Below, one piece after another: positions 1 to 9,307 of a DNA stretch of 64,000 bases; the first letter of the stretch is position 1, and each line of letters opens with the position of its first letter. Position numbers and translations under genes: made by a program. The notes beneath the pieces were generated by a model. It had not been told where the DNA came from. It saw only the letters and a program-made list of their open reading frames with translations, and ran no database searches. Origin of the DNA: Colwellia sp. (lineage in GTDB: Bacteria; Pseudomonadota; Gammaproteobacteria; Enterobacterales; Alteromonadaceae); the NCBI GenBank assembly GCA_042091395.1, contig JBELHN010000001.1, positions 52,634-116,633 on the forward strand, written 5' to 3'.

Positions 1-91
1 GAACAAAACTGATTAATTTTTAAGTTAAAAGCTTACATATGTAACTTACTGTGTAATAATACAAGTGTAGTAACATTTTTTGGAGGTTAAT

Positions 92-253
92 ATGGCCCAT
101 GAGGAAAGACGTAATATGTCAAAAAATACTGATACTAGTTTAGATAATCGTAGTAATGAACAAAAATCAGCGTTGGAACAATTAGCCGATGCAAACCATG
201 AAATTGAAGAGTTAAAGTTACAAATTGCTTGGCTAGAAAGAACTTACGAATAG
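92..253 (+). CDS. Hypothetical small protein (53 aa), predicted coiled-coil C-terminus
   Basis: ATG at 92 lies 5 nt after a GGAGG Shine-Dalgarno (83-87) and the frame is open to TAG at 251-253. Translation is MAHEERRNMSKNTDTSLDNRSNEQKSALEQLADANHEIEELKLQIAWLERTYE. It is below the ORF-track length cutoff and no family was recognised. Confidence 0.35.
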   Translation: MAHEERRNMSKNTDTSLDNRSNEQKSALEQLADANHEIEELKLQIAWLERTYE

Positions 254-370
254 TTTTTTTAATGGTAACTAAAATTATCTAGTTTTGTGATCAAAACTAT
301 TGGTTAATTGTTAATCGTTTTTGATTGGAATATATGTAATTTTAACTAGTATCATTTGCTTATTTAAAAA

Positions 371-399
371 GACAAACACCTTTGGGTTTGTCTTTTTTT
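371..399 (+). terminator. Rho-independent terminator (A-tract upstream, so possibly bidirectional)
   Basis: GACAAACACC-TTT-GGGTTTGTC hairpin followed by T7 (393-399). Confidence 0.6.
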
Positions 400-573
400 G
401 ATCTTAACTGTAAAAGTTTAAAATTTTAGTTTCAGTTATTTGGCTTGTTTCTTACTTTTTAACGCCTATTAGCAATTTTATATGAGAAGATATTTGCATC
501 TGTAATGGTTCATGTTATTTTCATGCATTTAGTTTAATTAACGTTTTCAATAGACAGTTAAAGGAAATACCCT

Positions 574-1149
574 ATGCCTAAGGCAAGTGATATTAAGAAA
601 AATGCAGCAATAGAACACAATGGTAAAGTCTTAATCGTCAGAGACATCAGCCGCTCTGTGCCTCAGGGCAGAGCAGGGGGAAGTTTATATCGAATGCGTC
701 TTTATGATGTGGTTACTGGCAGCAAAGTAGATGAAACATTCAAAGCCGAAGATATGTTGAATTTTGCTGATCTAAGTCGACGCCCAGCCATGTTTTCTTA
801 CATTGATGGCGAAGAGTACGTTTTCATGGACAACGAGGATTACACGCCTTATAACCTCAACAAAGAAACCATTGCTGATGAAATATTGTTTATTGATGAA
901 GACACACAGGGATTGTCGGTTATTATAGTAGACGATTCACCCGTAGGTATAGCCCTTCCACCTAGTGTTGAATTGACGATATCAGAAACCGACCCTTCAA
1001 TAAAAGGTGGCTCGGCCACTGCACGAACTAAGCCTGCTATTTTATCTACAGGGCTTACCATTCAAGTTCCAGAGCACGTTTCAACTGGTGATAAAATTAA
1101 AGTTAATACCGAAGAGCGTAAATTCATGGGTCGAGCTGACACTAAATAA
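574..1149 (+). CDS. yeiP: Elongation factor P-like protein (YeiP/EfpL family)
   Basis: 191 aa with an EF-P fold-like sequence (KxGxxI..NGKVLIV, [11 protein letters not shown], C-terminal OB region [10 protein letters not shown]). The length and N-terminus match YeiP rather than canonical Efp. Confidence 0.85.
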   Translation: MPKASDIKKNAAIEHNGKVLIVRDISRSVPQGRAGGSLYRMRLYDVVTGSKVDETFKAEDMLNFADLSRRPAMFSYIDGEEYVFMDNEDYTPYNLNKETIADEILFIDEDTQGLSVIIVDDSPVGIALPPSVELTISETDPSIKGGSATARTKPAILSTGLTIQVPEHVSTGDKIKVNTEERKFMGRADTK

Positions 1150-1262
1150 TTTTTAGATAAACTCCCAGACAATAAAATAATAAACAATGCTCGATAATAC
1201 GGGCATTTTTATTGATTTATTGTCGATAACGGATGTAAGTGGAAATATTAATAAGGTGATAT

Positions 1263-2168
1263 ATGACCAAGGTTCATCATACTATTGGCACTCCAGGGCA
1301 AGCATGGCAAGACAAAGAAAAACAGTTATGGTTCGAGCAGCAAACTACTCAGCGCTCCTATGAAGACGATGTCTTAGCTAAGCTTAATACATTAGGTGGC
1401 GATTTTGAGTGCGTGAAGTATGGGAATTTGCAGGTGAATTTAGCACAGTATCCACTTTATGCAGTGATAAGTAAGCAATGGCTGGCGAGTAATAAAAGTA
1501 TTTTGATTACTGGTGGTGTTCATGGTTATGAAACCAGTGGTGTGCAAGGGGCTTTGCGTTTCTTAGAAATGCACGCTAAAAGCTTAGGTAAGCAGTATAA
1601 TATTGTTGTTATACCTTGTGTTAGTCCTTGGGGCTATGAAACGATTAATCGTTGGAACCATTTAGCAATAGATCCTAACCGATCATTTTACAAAAATAGC
1701 CCAGCACAAGAGTCGTCTTTGTTAATGACCTTTCTTGATGAACTTGATGTTTTATTTACCATGCATATTGACTTACATGAGACAACAGATACAGATAATA
1801 GTACTTTTAGACCAGCACTTGCTGCTCGCGATGCTATTGAACAAAAAAATTGGAATATACCCGATGGTTTTTATTTGGTCGGAGATTCAACTAAACCCGC
1901 AGCTAGTTTTCAACAAGCAATAATAAAAGCGGTGGCTGAGGTAACCCATATAGCACCTGCTGACGAAGCCGGTAAGTTAATTGGTGTTAACACAGAACAA
2001 TTGGGTGTTATTAATTACGCTGGTAGAGAGCTTGGTTTATGTATGGGTTTAACGGATGCACAATATGTTACCACCACCGAAGTTTATCCAGATAGCCCTC
2101 TAGTTGATGATGAAAATTGTATTAATGCCCAAGTAGCCGCTATTCTTGCTGCAATTCAATTTATATAA
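1263..2168 (+). CDS. M14-family zinc metallocarboxypeptidase-like protein (AstE/AspA-like fold)
   Basis: Zn-ligand motifs are visible: HGYETSG (HxxE), DPNRSF and HIDLHETTD. No signal peptide is apparent. Confidence 0.75.
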   Translation: MTKVHHTIGTPGQAWQDKEKQLWFEQQTTQRSYEDDVLAKLNTLGGDFECVKYGNLQVNLAQYPLYAVISKQWLASNKSILITGGVHGYETSGVQGALRFLEMHAKSLGKQYNIVVIPCVSPWGYETINRWNHLAIDPNRSFYKNSPAQESSLLMTFLDELDVLFTMHIDLHETTDTDNSTFRPALAARDAIEQKNWNIPDGFYLVGDSTKPAASFQQAIIKAVAEVTHIAPADEAGKLIGVNTEQLGVINYAGRELGLCMGLTDAQYVTTTEVYPDSPLVDDENCINAQVAAILAAIQFI

Positions 2169-2285
2169 TAGCCAGCTTGAAATTTATTTTTTCAATTTCC
2201 TAAAGAAAGCTGTTGAAACTATTTTATTTAGTAATGAAGGCTGCAAGATTAGTTTGCGCATCTCTAGCAGAACGATTTATGAGTA

Positions 2286-3464
2286 TTATTCCTCGTAACG
2301 CACCGCTAGATCATTAATTTGGATATTATCAAATGAACGGCCATCGGCTGATGAGGCTGTTGCTGTTTGCCGGCTTAGTTTTGTTACCTTGACTTTTAAG
2401 GGGTTAACATTAAAGCTAGCGATAGTTCTTCCCTGAGCATCGTTAAAATGGTTAATGTGCAATAGGCTCAATGAATCACCTATTTTCAAGCCGTGATCAC
2501 GACCTAAATCGATTTTTACCTGGTTGCCTTGTACTTGCAGTATCTTACCACGACTTGGCTCACACATAATATTGTCATCAATATCTTTAATAACGTTGTC
2601 AATGGTGTTGTCTAGCATAATGCCGTATTCACTCTGCCAAAAAGCATCGCCTTCAACATCCACACTAAGCCTTTTGGTAAATGTCCAAGGCGCTGAATCT
2701 TTGTAGTTTTTCTGCCAAAGTCGTTCACCATTTACCCCATTGTATAAATAAACTGTCATCGTAAACGATCTAGGGTAAATACCTTGCTGCCAGAACGACA
2801 ATGAATTCGTAGCATTTTTAGCAAATGATATATTACTTATTTCACTAAAAACCACATATTGACTATTGGACTGATCACTTAACGTTTCTACTAATAAGCT
2901 AATGTCATTGCTTGCGAGACTATTATTTAACCGTGAAAATTCAGTTATATTATTCAATATGTTACTTGTTTTAGTGTAAGCGCTTTGTTGATTGAGTTGT
3001 TCACCTAAGCGTTGGGTAACAGCTTTATCGATAGCATATATTTTACCAATATTAGCTTGCTCTCTCTGCAACAAATGACTGCGTGTTAGTAATAGCGATT
3101 TTTTAAAATTAACAGCAAAACATTTTTTTTCTTGTGGAAATATATCGGCTCTGATGGTGACGGTAATTGAGTTATTAGCATGCACCTCATCAACTAGTTC
3201 TAGAGCATTAACGCTACCACTAGCTCTTATACTAATTAAATCTTGTGTCAATAAACCATTAGCCACTTGCTGTACACTAGAAACACTAGCTCCTGAAACA
3301 AGTAATGATTTTTTTAACGCATTTTCAACAGCTTGTGTCCTGGCTTCATCTAGGCTCACCTTGTGTGTAGAGGCACTACCTTGCGTTTCGTACCATTGGC
3401 TATGAACCATGTGGCTAACAAAAATACTGAGCATAATTGGCCAAGGGGTAATAAATTTATGCAT
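2286..3464 (-). CDS. flgT: Flagellar H-ring/assembly protein FlgT
   Basis: 392 aa with an N-terminal signal peptide followed by the WYETQG motif (compare WYEVTG in Vibrio FlgT). It sits divergent to flgOP, as in Vibrio. Confidence 0.75.
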   Translation of the reverse strand: MHKFITPWPIMLSIFVSHMVHSQWYETQGSASTHKVSLDEARTQAVENALKKSLLVSGASVSSVQQVANGLLTQDLISIRASGSVNALELVDEVHANNSITVTIRADIFPQEKKCFAVNFKKSLLLTRSHLLQREQANIGKIYAIDKAVTQRLGEQLNQQSAYTKTSNILNNITEFSRLNNSLASNDISLLVETLSDQSNSQYVVFSEISNISFAKNATNSLSFWQQGIYPRSFTMTVYLYNGVNGERLWQKNYKDSAPWTFTKRLSVDVEGDAFWQSEYGIMLDNTIDNVIKDIDDNIMCEPSRGKILQVQGNQVKIDLGRDHGLKIGDSLSLLHINHFNDAQGRTIASFNVNPLKVKVTKLSRQTATASSADGRSFDNIQINDLAVRYEE

Positions 3465-3542
3465 AATAAGTATTACTTCCTAATATTCTAGTATCGCTCT
3501 GTTAGACAGAGGTAGGCGGTGAAAAGTCATCTATCAAATTCA

Positions 3543-3558
3543 AGCAAATATCATGCCT
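3543..3558 (-). promoter_or_regulatory. Putative sigma-54 (-24/-12) promoter for flgT
   Basis: The minus strand reads AGGCAT-GATAT-TTGCT with exact GG-N10-GC spacing, about 80 nt upstream of the flgT ATG. Confidence 0.4.
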
Positions 3559-3605
3559 TAGATGAATACATAGATTAATGCATACTTGGATTAGGTCTGT
3601 TGTGT

Positions 3606-3621
3606 TGGCTCAAAACATGCA
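3606..3621 (+). promoter_or_regulatory. Putative sigma-54 (-24/-12) promoter for flgOP
   Basis: TGGCTC-AAAAC-ATGCA with exact GG-N10-GC spacing, about 85 nt upstream of the flgO ATG. Confidence 0.45.
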
Positions 3622-3703
3622 TTGATTTGTCTATTCTGAAAAATATATATTAATGAATCTATCACTTAACTAGTTAAAGTATAGAGTTTACAAGGGGAAT
3701 ACT

Positions 3704-4348
3704 ATGAAAAAATGGCTGATACCATTAATTCTTCCGACTTTATTATCGTGTCAAATACCTAACGATGACAACTTTTATCAACTGACTCACAATGAGCAAG
3801 AAGAAATTGATAGTTTCGAGCTTCCCCGTCACGCTATTAATGATGTGGTAAAGGGATTAGCGTATCAGATGTTAACCAGTAGCAGTTTTGTTAATGCTAA
3901 AACACCGGTAGCAGTTGCCTCTTTTGTTGATTTAAAAGATTTAGAGACCACTAACTGGCTAGGTAATCAATTAGCAGAAAGTTTTGTGCATGAGTTACAA
4001 CGTCATGGTTTGATCGTTATAGACTATAAAACTACCGGAAGTATTCGCGTCACTAAACAGGGCGATTATGTATTTAGTCGTGATTGGCAGGAGTTGCCAG
4101 AACGTCAGATTATTGACTACGTAGTGTCTGGTACTATGGTGACTCAGGATGACGGTATCTTAATTAATGCTCGCATGATTGGTATCCAATCAAAGGTCGT
4201 TGTTGCGACTGCACAGTCTTTCATTCCTAACTGGGTTCTAGGCGACGAAATGAATCATAGTGAAAAAGTAAAAATGATAGATGGTATGATAATTCGAGAT
4301 AGTGCTATGTTAATTAATGATAAACGTGCTGTTTCTATTCAAAATTAG
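3704..4348 (+). CDS. flgO: FlgO-family flagellar outer-membrane lipoprotein
   Basis: Lipobox LLSC is present at the N-terminus. Conserved FlgO-like blocks are VAVASFVDL..TNWLGNQLAE and NARMIG. The gene sits directly upstream of flgP. Confidence 0.75.
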   Translation: MKKWLIPLILPTLLSCQIPNDDNFYQLTHNEQEEIDSFELPRHAINDVVKGLAYQMLTSSSFVNAKTPVAVASFVDLKDLETTNWLGNQLAESFVHELQRHGLIVIDYKTTGSIRVTKQGDYVFSRDWQELPERQIIDYVVSGTMVTQDDGILINARMIGIQSKVVVATAQSFIPNWVLGDEMNHSEKVKMIDGMIIRDSAMLINDKRAVSIQN

Positions 4349-4398
4349 TTTTTTATCGTTTAAAAAATATAGTGAAAAATTGGAGTAAGGGAGCATTT

Positions 4399-4866
4399 AT
4401 GAAAAGCTCGTTATGTAAGGCTAGCATTATACTTATATGCATTATAATGAGCAGCGCATGCTCGACAATGTACGACAAACATGTGCAATGGCAAACAGAA
4501 AAGCCAGAAGAATTTCCGGTTTTGCATGCCAGTGGTTTTGCACCCATAAGTTTACAAAAGTCGTCTAATGAAACTCAGCGGATGTTAATGGCCATAAAAG
4601 CGTCAAAACTTGCCGCTTATGTTGAACTTGCCGAGCAAGTTTATGGGCAACAACTGTCTAATAAAGTTTCTATGGCCGACTTACTGATCAACGACCAGCA
4701 ACTTAAGGCATCAGTTCAGGGAATTATTCGTGGCGCTAAAGTGGTAAAGAGTTACCCTGTTGGAGATATTTATACAACAGAATTACAGTTGGATTTTGAA
4801 GATGTTTATATTATTTATCAAGCCAATCAACAGAGAAAAACCATTAAGGACGTTCGTTATTTTTAA
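4399..4866 (+). CDS. flgP: FlgP (LPP20-family flagellar lipoprotein)
   Basis: I chose the start at the internal ATG (4399), which is preceded by AAGGGAG. This gives the signal MKSSLCKASIILICIIMSSAC with a lipobox. An LPP20-like region (AIKASKLAAYVELAEQV) is present. Confidence 0.75.
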   Translation: MKSSLCKASIILICIIMSSACSTMYDKHVQWQTEKPEEFPVLHASGFAPISLQKSSNETQRMLMAIKASKLAAYVELAEQVYGQQLSNKVSMADLLINDQQLKASVQGIIRGAKVVKSYPVGDIYTTELQLDFEDVYIIYQANQQRKTIKDVRYF

Positions 4867-4985
4867 TTGATTAGCATCGTTAAATCACCATGATATCTAA
4901 GTACCACTGGAGCTATAACATTCATAACATGGGTTAGATCTTATTGTTTTAGATTTTTATTTGTTTCGGGGGTGTGGGTTTGTTT

Positions 4986-5432
4986 CTAGGCCTTTAAACC
5001 TAAGCTAGATAAACCAGCACTTTTCTTACCTTTGCTATCGTAGGTGATAGCATTTTTGTTGTGATTTTCTAATAAGCTGGTTTTCATGCGCTCAACAGCC
5101 AATTTCGACTGCTCAATAATTTGCCCATTGACTACGCTCTGTTGTTTACATTGCTCTAGTAGTAAAGCAATATTGGCCAAAGCATCAGTTAATATCCCGG
5201 CAGCTTTGTCTTGAGCAAAGCCCTTGTCTTGACTTATTTTTTGGTCGAGTGCTTCAATAGCCAATAGGAGAATATTTTTTTCTTCACTAATTAATAGCAA
5301 AGCGTCAGGGTCATGCTGCTGAAGTATTAGCTTTTCATTGGCAATCATTTCAACAAGGTCAGTAAGTTGTTGATGCTGTTGATTTAACAAACTGTTGGGG
5401 GAAAACTCGTTAACACCTGTCTGTTTCGACAT
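4986..5432 (-). CDS. flgN: Flagellar export chaperone FlgN
   Basis: 148-aa helical, Q/L-rich protein immediately downstream of flgM in the conserved flgM-flgN arrangement. Confidence 0.75.
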   Translation of the reverse strand: MSKQTGVNEFSPNSLLNQQHQQLTDLVEMIANEKLILQQHDPDALLLISEEKNILLLAIEALDQKISQDKGFAQDKAAGILTDALANIALLLEQCKQQSVVNGQIIEQSKLAVERMKTSLLENHNKNAITYDSKGKKSAGLSSLGLKA

Positions 5433-5478
5433 AGGTTTTGCCTTGCGGATACACTAAATTTATAGTGTTAGTGTATCG

Positions 5479-5787
5479 CTAAACCAATTTAAATTCAAAA
5501 TTAGCAATACTTGCCGCTAACTTTTCTGGATCTACCTTGTAATCACCATCACTGATGGCTTTTTTCAGTTCTTCAATTCTTTTTTGGTTAACAATCGGCG
5601 CATCTGCTGCTTTTTTTTGCAACTCGCTCAGTTGTTGCGCTTGAGGAGTAATAGACACGGAATCCTGAGGCGATATTTTTACCTGATTGTTGGCAGAGGC
5701 CGTTTGTGCCGTCTGCTGCTGAATTTGTTTTTGTTGAGCGAGCTGACCTGCGTTGTTAGTATTCAAATTGTTAGTATTTATAGCCAT
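5479..5787 (-). CDS. flgM: Anti-sigma-28 factor FlgM
   Basis: 102 aa counted from the internal ATG, which is preceded by an AAGGA SD. The sequence is Q/N-rich with the conserved C-terminal block RIEELKKAISDGDYKVDPEKLA. The longer track ORF (to 5844) would start inside its own sigma-28 promoter. Confidence 0.8.
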   Translation of the reverse strand: MAINTNNLNTNNAGQLAQQKQIQQQTAQTASANNQVKISPQDSVSITPQAQQLSELQKKAADAPIVNQKRIEELKKAISDGDYKVDPEKLAASIANFEFKLV

Positions 5788-5827
5788 AATTTCATCCTTA
5801 AACAATGAAATGAGTAATATTATATGA

Positions 5828-5854
5828 TTATCGGCCGATGCCAACGTAACTTTA
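5828..5854 (-). promoter_or_regulatory. Sigma-28 (FliA) promoter of flgMN
   Basis: The minus strand reads TAAAGTTA-N11-GCCGATAA, against the consensus TAAAGTTT-N11-GCCGATAA. The -10 element ends about 40 nt upstream of the flgM ATG at 5787. Confidence 0.75.
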
Positions 5855-6009
5855 ATTAAATATAACGTTAATAAAATAATTATTTTAGATCTAAATATAT
5901 CTTACGCTGAATTGGCTATTAAATAAAGAGAGTTCGGTGTTCGTCAATAAAGTAACAGCTTGTATAGCTGAAAGTTATTTTTATTGGTTATGTATCTTAC
6001 TCATAAGGT

Positions 6010-6702
6010 TTAAAGGTTAACAATGACTTGTCGTGCATTTTTTACTCGAGGTGAAATAACTTTATTTGAACGTGAGTTCCTAACACGGATTTGGTCATTA
6101 ACGTTACCGGAACTTAATGCCATGCCTTGCGTTTTGATACTAAACCCATCGGAGGCGGCAATAATCGTGACAAAATCACCTTTGCAAACGAGGCAAAAAC
6201 TTGTTTTATTTATGGCACGGCCCTGAGCAATACGTTTTTTAGCTTTTGCACCAAAAACCAGAGATGTATCATTAAGCTTATCACCACGTAACTGATTAAC
6301 CGGTAAATAATTCAAGGCGACATTATTTTTATTTAACATGTCGCCTTTGTTAATAGTCGAAGTGGCAACCAAAATCGCTTTAGTTATTTGAATTTTTGCC
6401 GATAAGTAGATTTTCCAGGGGGCTTTATCATTACAACTAATTTTGAGATTTACATTTCTAGTATTCTTCTTTTCAGGTATATTTACTAATAGTGGAACTT
6501 CACAAGATTTTACCTCTATACGTGGGTCTAAACTTGAAACAGAAATAAGCACTTTTTCGTCTTCGCTTGAGGGATACTGCTCAATTAAAAACGAGGTAGC
6601 GAGTTGCTCAATGTACTTAGCATCAAGCTCATGACTATTTGCATAGGCATAACCACCGAGAAGAAATAATAAAAAAGATATGTAAATTTTGATTTGGTAC
6701 AT
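6010..6702 (-). CDS. flgA: Flagellar P-ring assembly chaperone FlgA
   Basis: A start at the internal Met gives the signal peptide MYQIKIYISFLLFLLGGYAYA. A C-terminal SAF/FlgA domain is present (GDFVTIIA...GMALSSGNVNDQIRVRN). Confidence 0.8.
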   Translation of the reverse strand: MYQIKIYISFLLFLLGGYAYANSHELDAKYIEQLATSFLIEQYPSSEDEKVLISVSSLDPRIEVKSCEVPLLVNIPEKKNTRNVNLKISCNDKAPWKIYLSAKIQITKAILVATSTINKGDMLNKNNVALNYLPVNQLRGDKLNDTSLVFGAKAKKRIAQGRAINKTSFCLVCKGDFVTIIAASDGFSIKTQGMALSSGNVNDQIRVRNSRSNKVISPRVKNARQVIVNL

Positions 6703-6902
6703 ATATTGTAGGCTATCGTTAAGTAAATAAAAATGTCGACTATGTTTATTCGAAAGCATAGCGATGAAATTCAAACTGGCGTCAACAAATAGACGCTTTA
6801 AGATTTTAAAAATCTTCAGTTTAATACAATTCAAGAATTGTGCCCGTTGCTATTTTTAATATTATTTAGCGCATCCCGGGTACAATTTTATACGAGGTTT
6901 TT

Positions 6903-7832
6903 ATGGCAGGCATCCTTGATTCAGTAAACCAACGTACCCAGCTAGTGGGTGAGAATAGATTAGAGCTACTTCTTTTTAAATTAGTTGGCAGACAACGTTT
7001 TGGTATTAATGTGTTCAAGGTAAGGGAAGTTATGCCCTGCCCAAGATTAACTTTATTGCCCAAACAAGACTCTTTTATTAAAGGTGTTGCCCACATTAGG
7101 GGGCAAACTATCTCGGTGATTGATTTAAGTAAATCAACGGGGGGATCAGCAATAGAGCAAAGTGATGACAGTTATATCATTATTGCTGAGTATAATCGCA
7201 GTGTTCAGGGTTTTTTAGTTGCTGGTGTTGAGAGAATTGTTACCCTGAGTTGGGCTGATGTTATGCCACCCCCTGAAGGCGCAGGAAAATCGAGTTATCT
7301 CACAGCGGTTACTGAAATCGATGATCAAATGGTCTCTATTTTAGATGTTGAAAAAATTCTAAACGAAATTAGTCCAGTCTCAACCGATGTTAGTGATGAT
7401 ATTGTTGATGCAACTGTAGGTGAAGAGCTGGGTGAAAAGCTAGTAATGATAGTTGATGATTCTACTGTAGCGCGAAATCAAGTTAAAAGAGCCCTAGAAC
7501 CTCTGGGTATTAATATGGTGTTAGCCAAAAATGGTCGAGATGCGTTAGAACAATTACTAATCATTGAGGCAGAATGTGAAGAAAGTTTAACCGAAAAGGT
7601 CGCTTTAATGATTTCAGATATAGAAATGCCTGAAATGGACGGTTATACTCTAACGGCTGAGGTCAAGGGCAACGAACGGATGTCAAAAATGCCTATTATA
7701 TTGCATACTTCTCTGAGTGGCGTTTTTAATAATGCAATGGTTGAAAAAGTTGGCGCTGAAGATTTTATTCCAAAGTTTCACCCGGACGAACTTGCTACCT
7801 CAGTAAAAAAATGGTTAAAAATTGAAGATTAA
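6903..7832 (+). CDS. cheV: Chemotaxis coupling protein CheV (CheW domain fused to a receiver)
   Basis: The N-terminal region is CheW-like (FGINVFKVREV). The C-terminal region is REC-like (MIVDDS...ISDIEMPEMDG). Confidence 0.9.
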   Translation: MAGILDSVNQRTQLVGENRLELLLFKLVGRQRFGINVFKVREVMPCPRLTLLPKQDSFIKGVAHIRGQTISVIDLSKSTGGSAIEQSDDSYIIIAEYNRSVQGFLVAGVERIVTLSWADVMPPPEGAGKSSYLTAVTEIDDQMVSILDVEKILNEISPVSTDVSDDIVDATVGEELGEKLVMIVDDSTVARNQVKRALEPLGINMVLAKNGRDALEQLLIIEAECEESLTEKVALMISDIEMPEMDGYTLTAEVKGNERMSKMPIILHTSLSGVFNNAMVEKVGAEDFIPKFHPDELATSVKKWLKIED

Positions 7833-7926
7833 CTCTTCCTTTGAATAAACAGTTAATATGCCAACTAATTGGCTATGAGCTGCTCCTTGATATTAGGAGA
7901 AAATAGTAGATTGATAGGAAGTTAAA

Positions 7927-8757
7927 GTGTCAGCAAGACAACTTGATGAAAAAAGTTACAAACAATTTCGAACCTTTTTAGAACAGCAATGTGGCATAGT
8001 GCTAGGTGAAAACAAACAATACTTAGTCAAAAGCCGACTAGCTCCATTGATGGCGAAATTTAATATTGATTCGTTAGGTGAATTAGTCAGTAAAACTCTA
8101 AACCCTGTTCAGCGACAAATGCGTTCTGCGGTAATAGATGCCATGACAACCAATGAAACTTTATGGTTTCGAGATGATTACCCTTTTAAACTTTTGCAAA
8201 GTAAACTATTGCCAGATTTGTCTGAGAGTAAGGTGCCGGTTAAAATCTGGTCGGCAGCAAGCTCCTCTGGGCAAGAGCCTTATTCTATTGCTATGTCAGT
8301 TTTGGAGTTTCAGCAAAAATACCCTAAAGCGTTCTCTCGAGGTGTTCAGGTAACAGGCACTGATATTTCAACAACCATGTTAGAACATTGTAAATATGGG
8401 CATTATGACAAACTAGCCCTGGCTAGAGGTTTATCTGCCGAGCGAAAAAAGAAATTTTTTGAAGCCGGTGATAACGATATGCTGAAAGTGAAAAGCCAAG
8501 TGAAAGCTATGGTCAATTTTAGGCCACTTAACTTACTTAACAGTTTTAGTTTGATGGGCCGATTTGATATTATCTTCTGTCGTAATGTCTTAATTTATTT
8601 CTCTCCTGAAATTAAAGCGCAAATTATCAGTCAAATTCATGGCGCATTAAACAGTGGAGGCTATTTATTTCTTGGCGCCTCAGAGTCCCTATCCGGTGTT
8701 AATCAAGACTTTAACATGGTGCGCTGCAGTCCCGGTATTGTCTACCAAAAAAAGTAA
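7927..8757 (+). CDS. cheR: Chemotaxis protein methyltransferase CheR
   Basis: GTG start follows AGGAAG. CheR motifs are TNETLWFRD, IWSAASSSGQEPYS and FCRNVLIYF. Confidence 0.9.
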   Translation: MSARQLDEKSYKQFRTFLEQQCGIVLGENKQYLVKSRLAPLMAKFNIDSLGELVSKTLNPVQRQMRSAVIDAMTTNETLWFRDDYPFKLLQSKLLPDLSESKVPVKIWSAASSSGQEPYSIAMSVLEFQQKYPKAFSRGVQVTGTDISTTMLEHCKYGHYDKLALARGLSAERKKKFFEAGDNDMLKVKSQVKAMVNFRPLNLLNSFSLMGRFDIIFCRNVLIYFSPEIKAQIISQIHGALNSGGYLFLGASESLSGVNQDFNMVRCSPGIVYQKK

Positions 8758-8854
8758 TTCCACCAAAATACAAGCACTAGTCTAGCAAAGCCATCTGATA
8801 ACAAGTCATACTAATTGACTTAAAAATCTATTTTAGTAGTTACCTCCCTTTAAC

Positions 8855-8870
8855 TGGCATAATTTTTGAA
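8855..8870 (+). promoter_or_regulatory. Possible sigma-54 promoter for flgBCDE (imperfect -12)
   Basis: TGGCAT-AATTT-TTGAA. The GG is correctly placed, but the -12 element reads GA instead of GC. Confidence 0.35.
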
Positions 8871-8906
8871 TGTTTAGCCGTAATAGTAACTCATAATGAG
8901 GCTCAT

Positions 8907-9305
8907 ATGGCTATAGGTTTTGATAAAGGCTTTCAATTACATTCACAAGGTATGCAAATTCGTGCTCAACGTGCCGAAGTTATTGCCAGTAATATTGCCA
9001 ATGCAGACACACCTGGCTACAAGGCTAAAGGTTTAGATTTTAAGCAAACGATGGCAAAAGCGGCAACTAACCAGCAAATGGGTATGACTCGTACCAATGA
9101 TAAACACTTTGATGTTCGTACAGAATTAAATAATTCTGTTGATTATCGAGTGCCTAATCAAGCAGATACCGGTGATGGTAATACGGTAGATGTACAAGTG
9201 GAACGAAACTTGTATCTCAAAAACTCATTAGAGTATCAAGCAAGTGTTCAATTTCTTAATGGCAAGATTAAAGCTATGAAGAAAGTGATATCAGGAGGTC
9301 AATAA
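8907..9305 (+). CDS. flgB: Flagellar proximal rod protein FlgB
   Basis: Rod N-terminal motif SNIANADTPGYK. It is the first gene of the flgB-L order. Confidence 0.95.
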   Translation: MAIGFDKGFQLHSQGMQIRAQRAEVIASNIANADTPGYKAKGLDFKQTMAKAATNQQMGMTRTNDKHFDVRTELNNSVDYRVPNQADTGDGNTVDVQVERNLYLKNSLEYQASVQFLNGKIKAMKKVISGGQ

Positions 9306-9307
9306 TC

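Noticed and set aside
849-1061. Antisense or out-of-frame track ORFs nested inside well-supported genes. Examples: 849-1061, 1735-1923, 2524-2706, 3154-3405, 11220-11414, 11630-11899, 12267-12589, 14370-14633, 18022-18288, 28155-28472, 30188-30463, 40058-40603, 50470-50769 and 56910-57494.
   Set aside because: Each lies entirely within, or opposite, a gene with strong family motifs. None has a convincing Shine-Dalgarno, and their translations are low-complexity or compositionally odd. They are treated as shadow ORFs.
4372-6834. Longer N-terminal extensions offered by the ORF track for flgP (4372), flgM (5844), flgA (6834) and, elsewhere, flgI (14613), flaA (20456), flaG (22444) and flrA (41268).
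   Set aside because: Internal starts have better SDs and restore canonical N-termini (lipobox, signal peptide or flagellin N-terminus). For flgM the long form would begin inside its own sigma-28 promoter. For flgI it would overlap the flgH 3' end.
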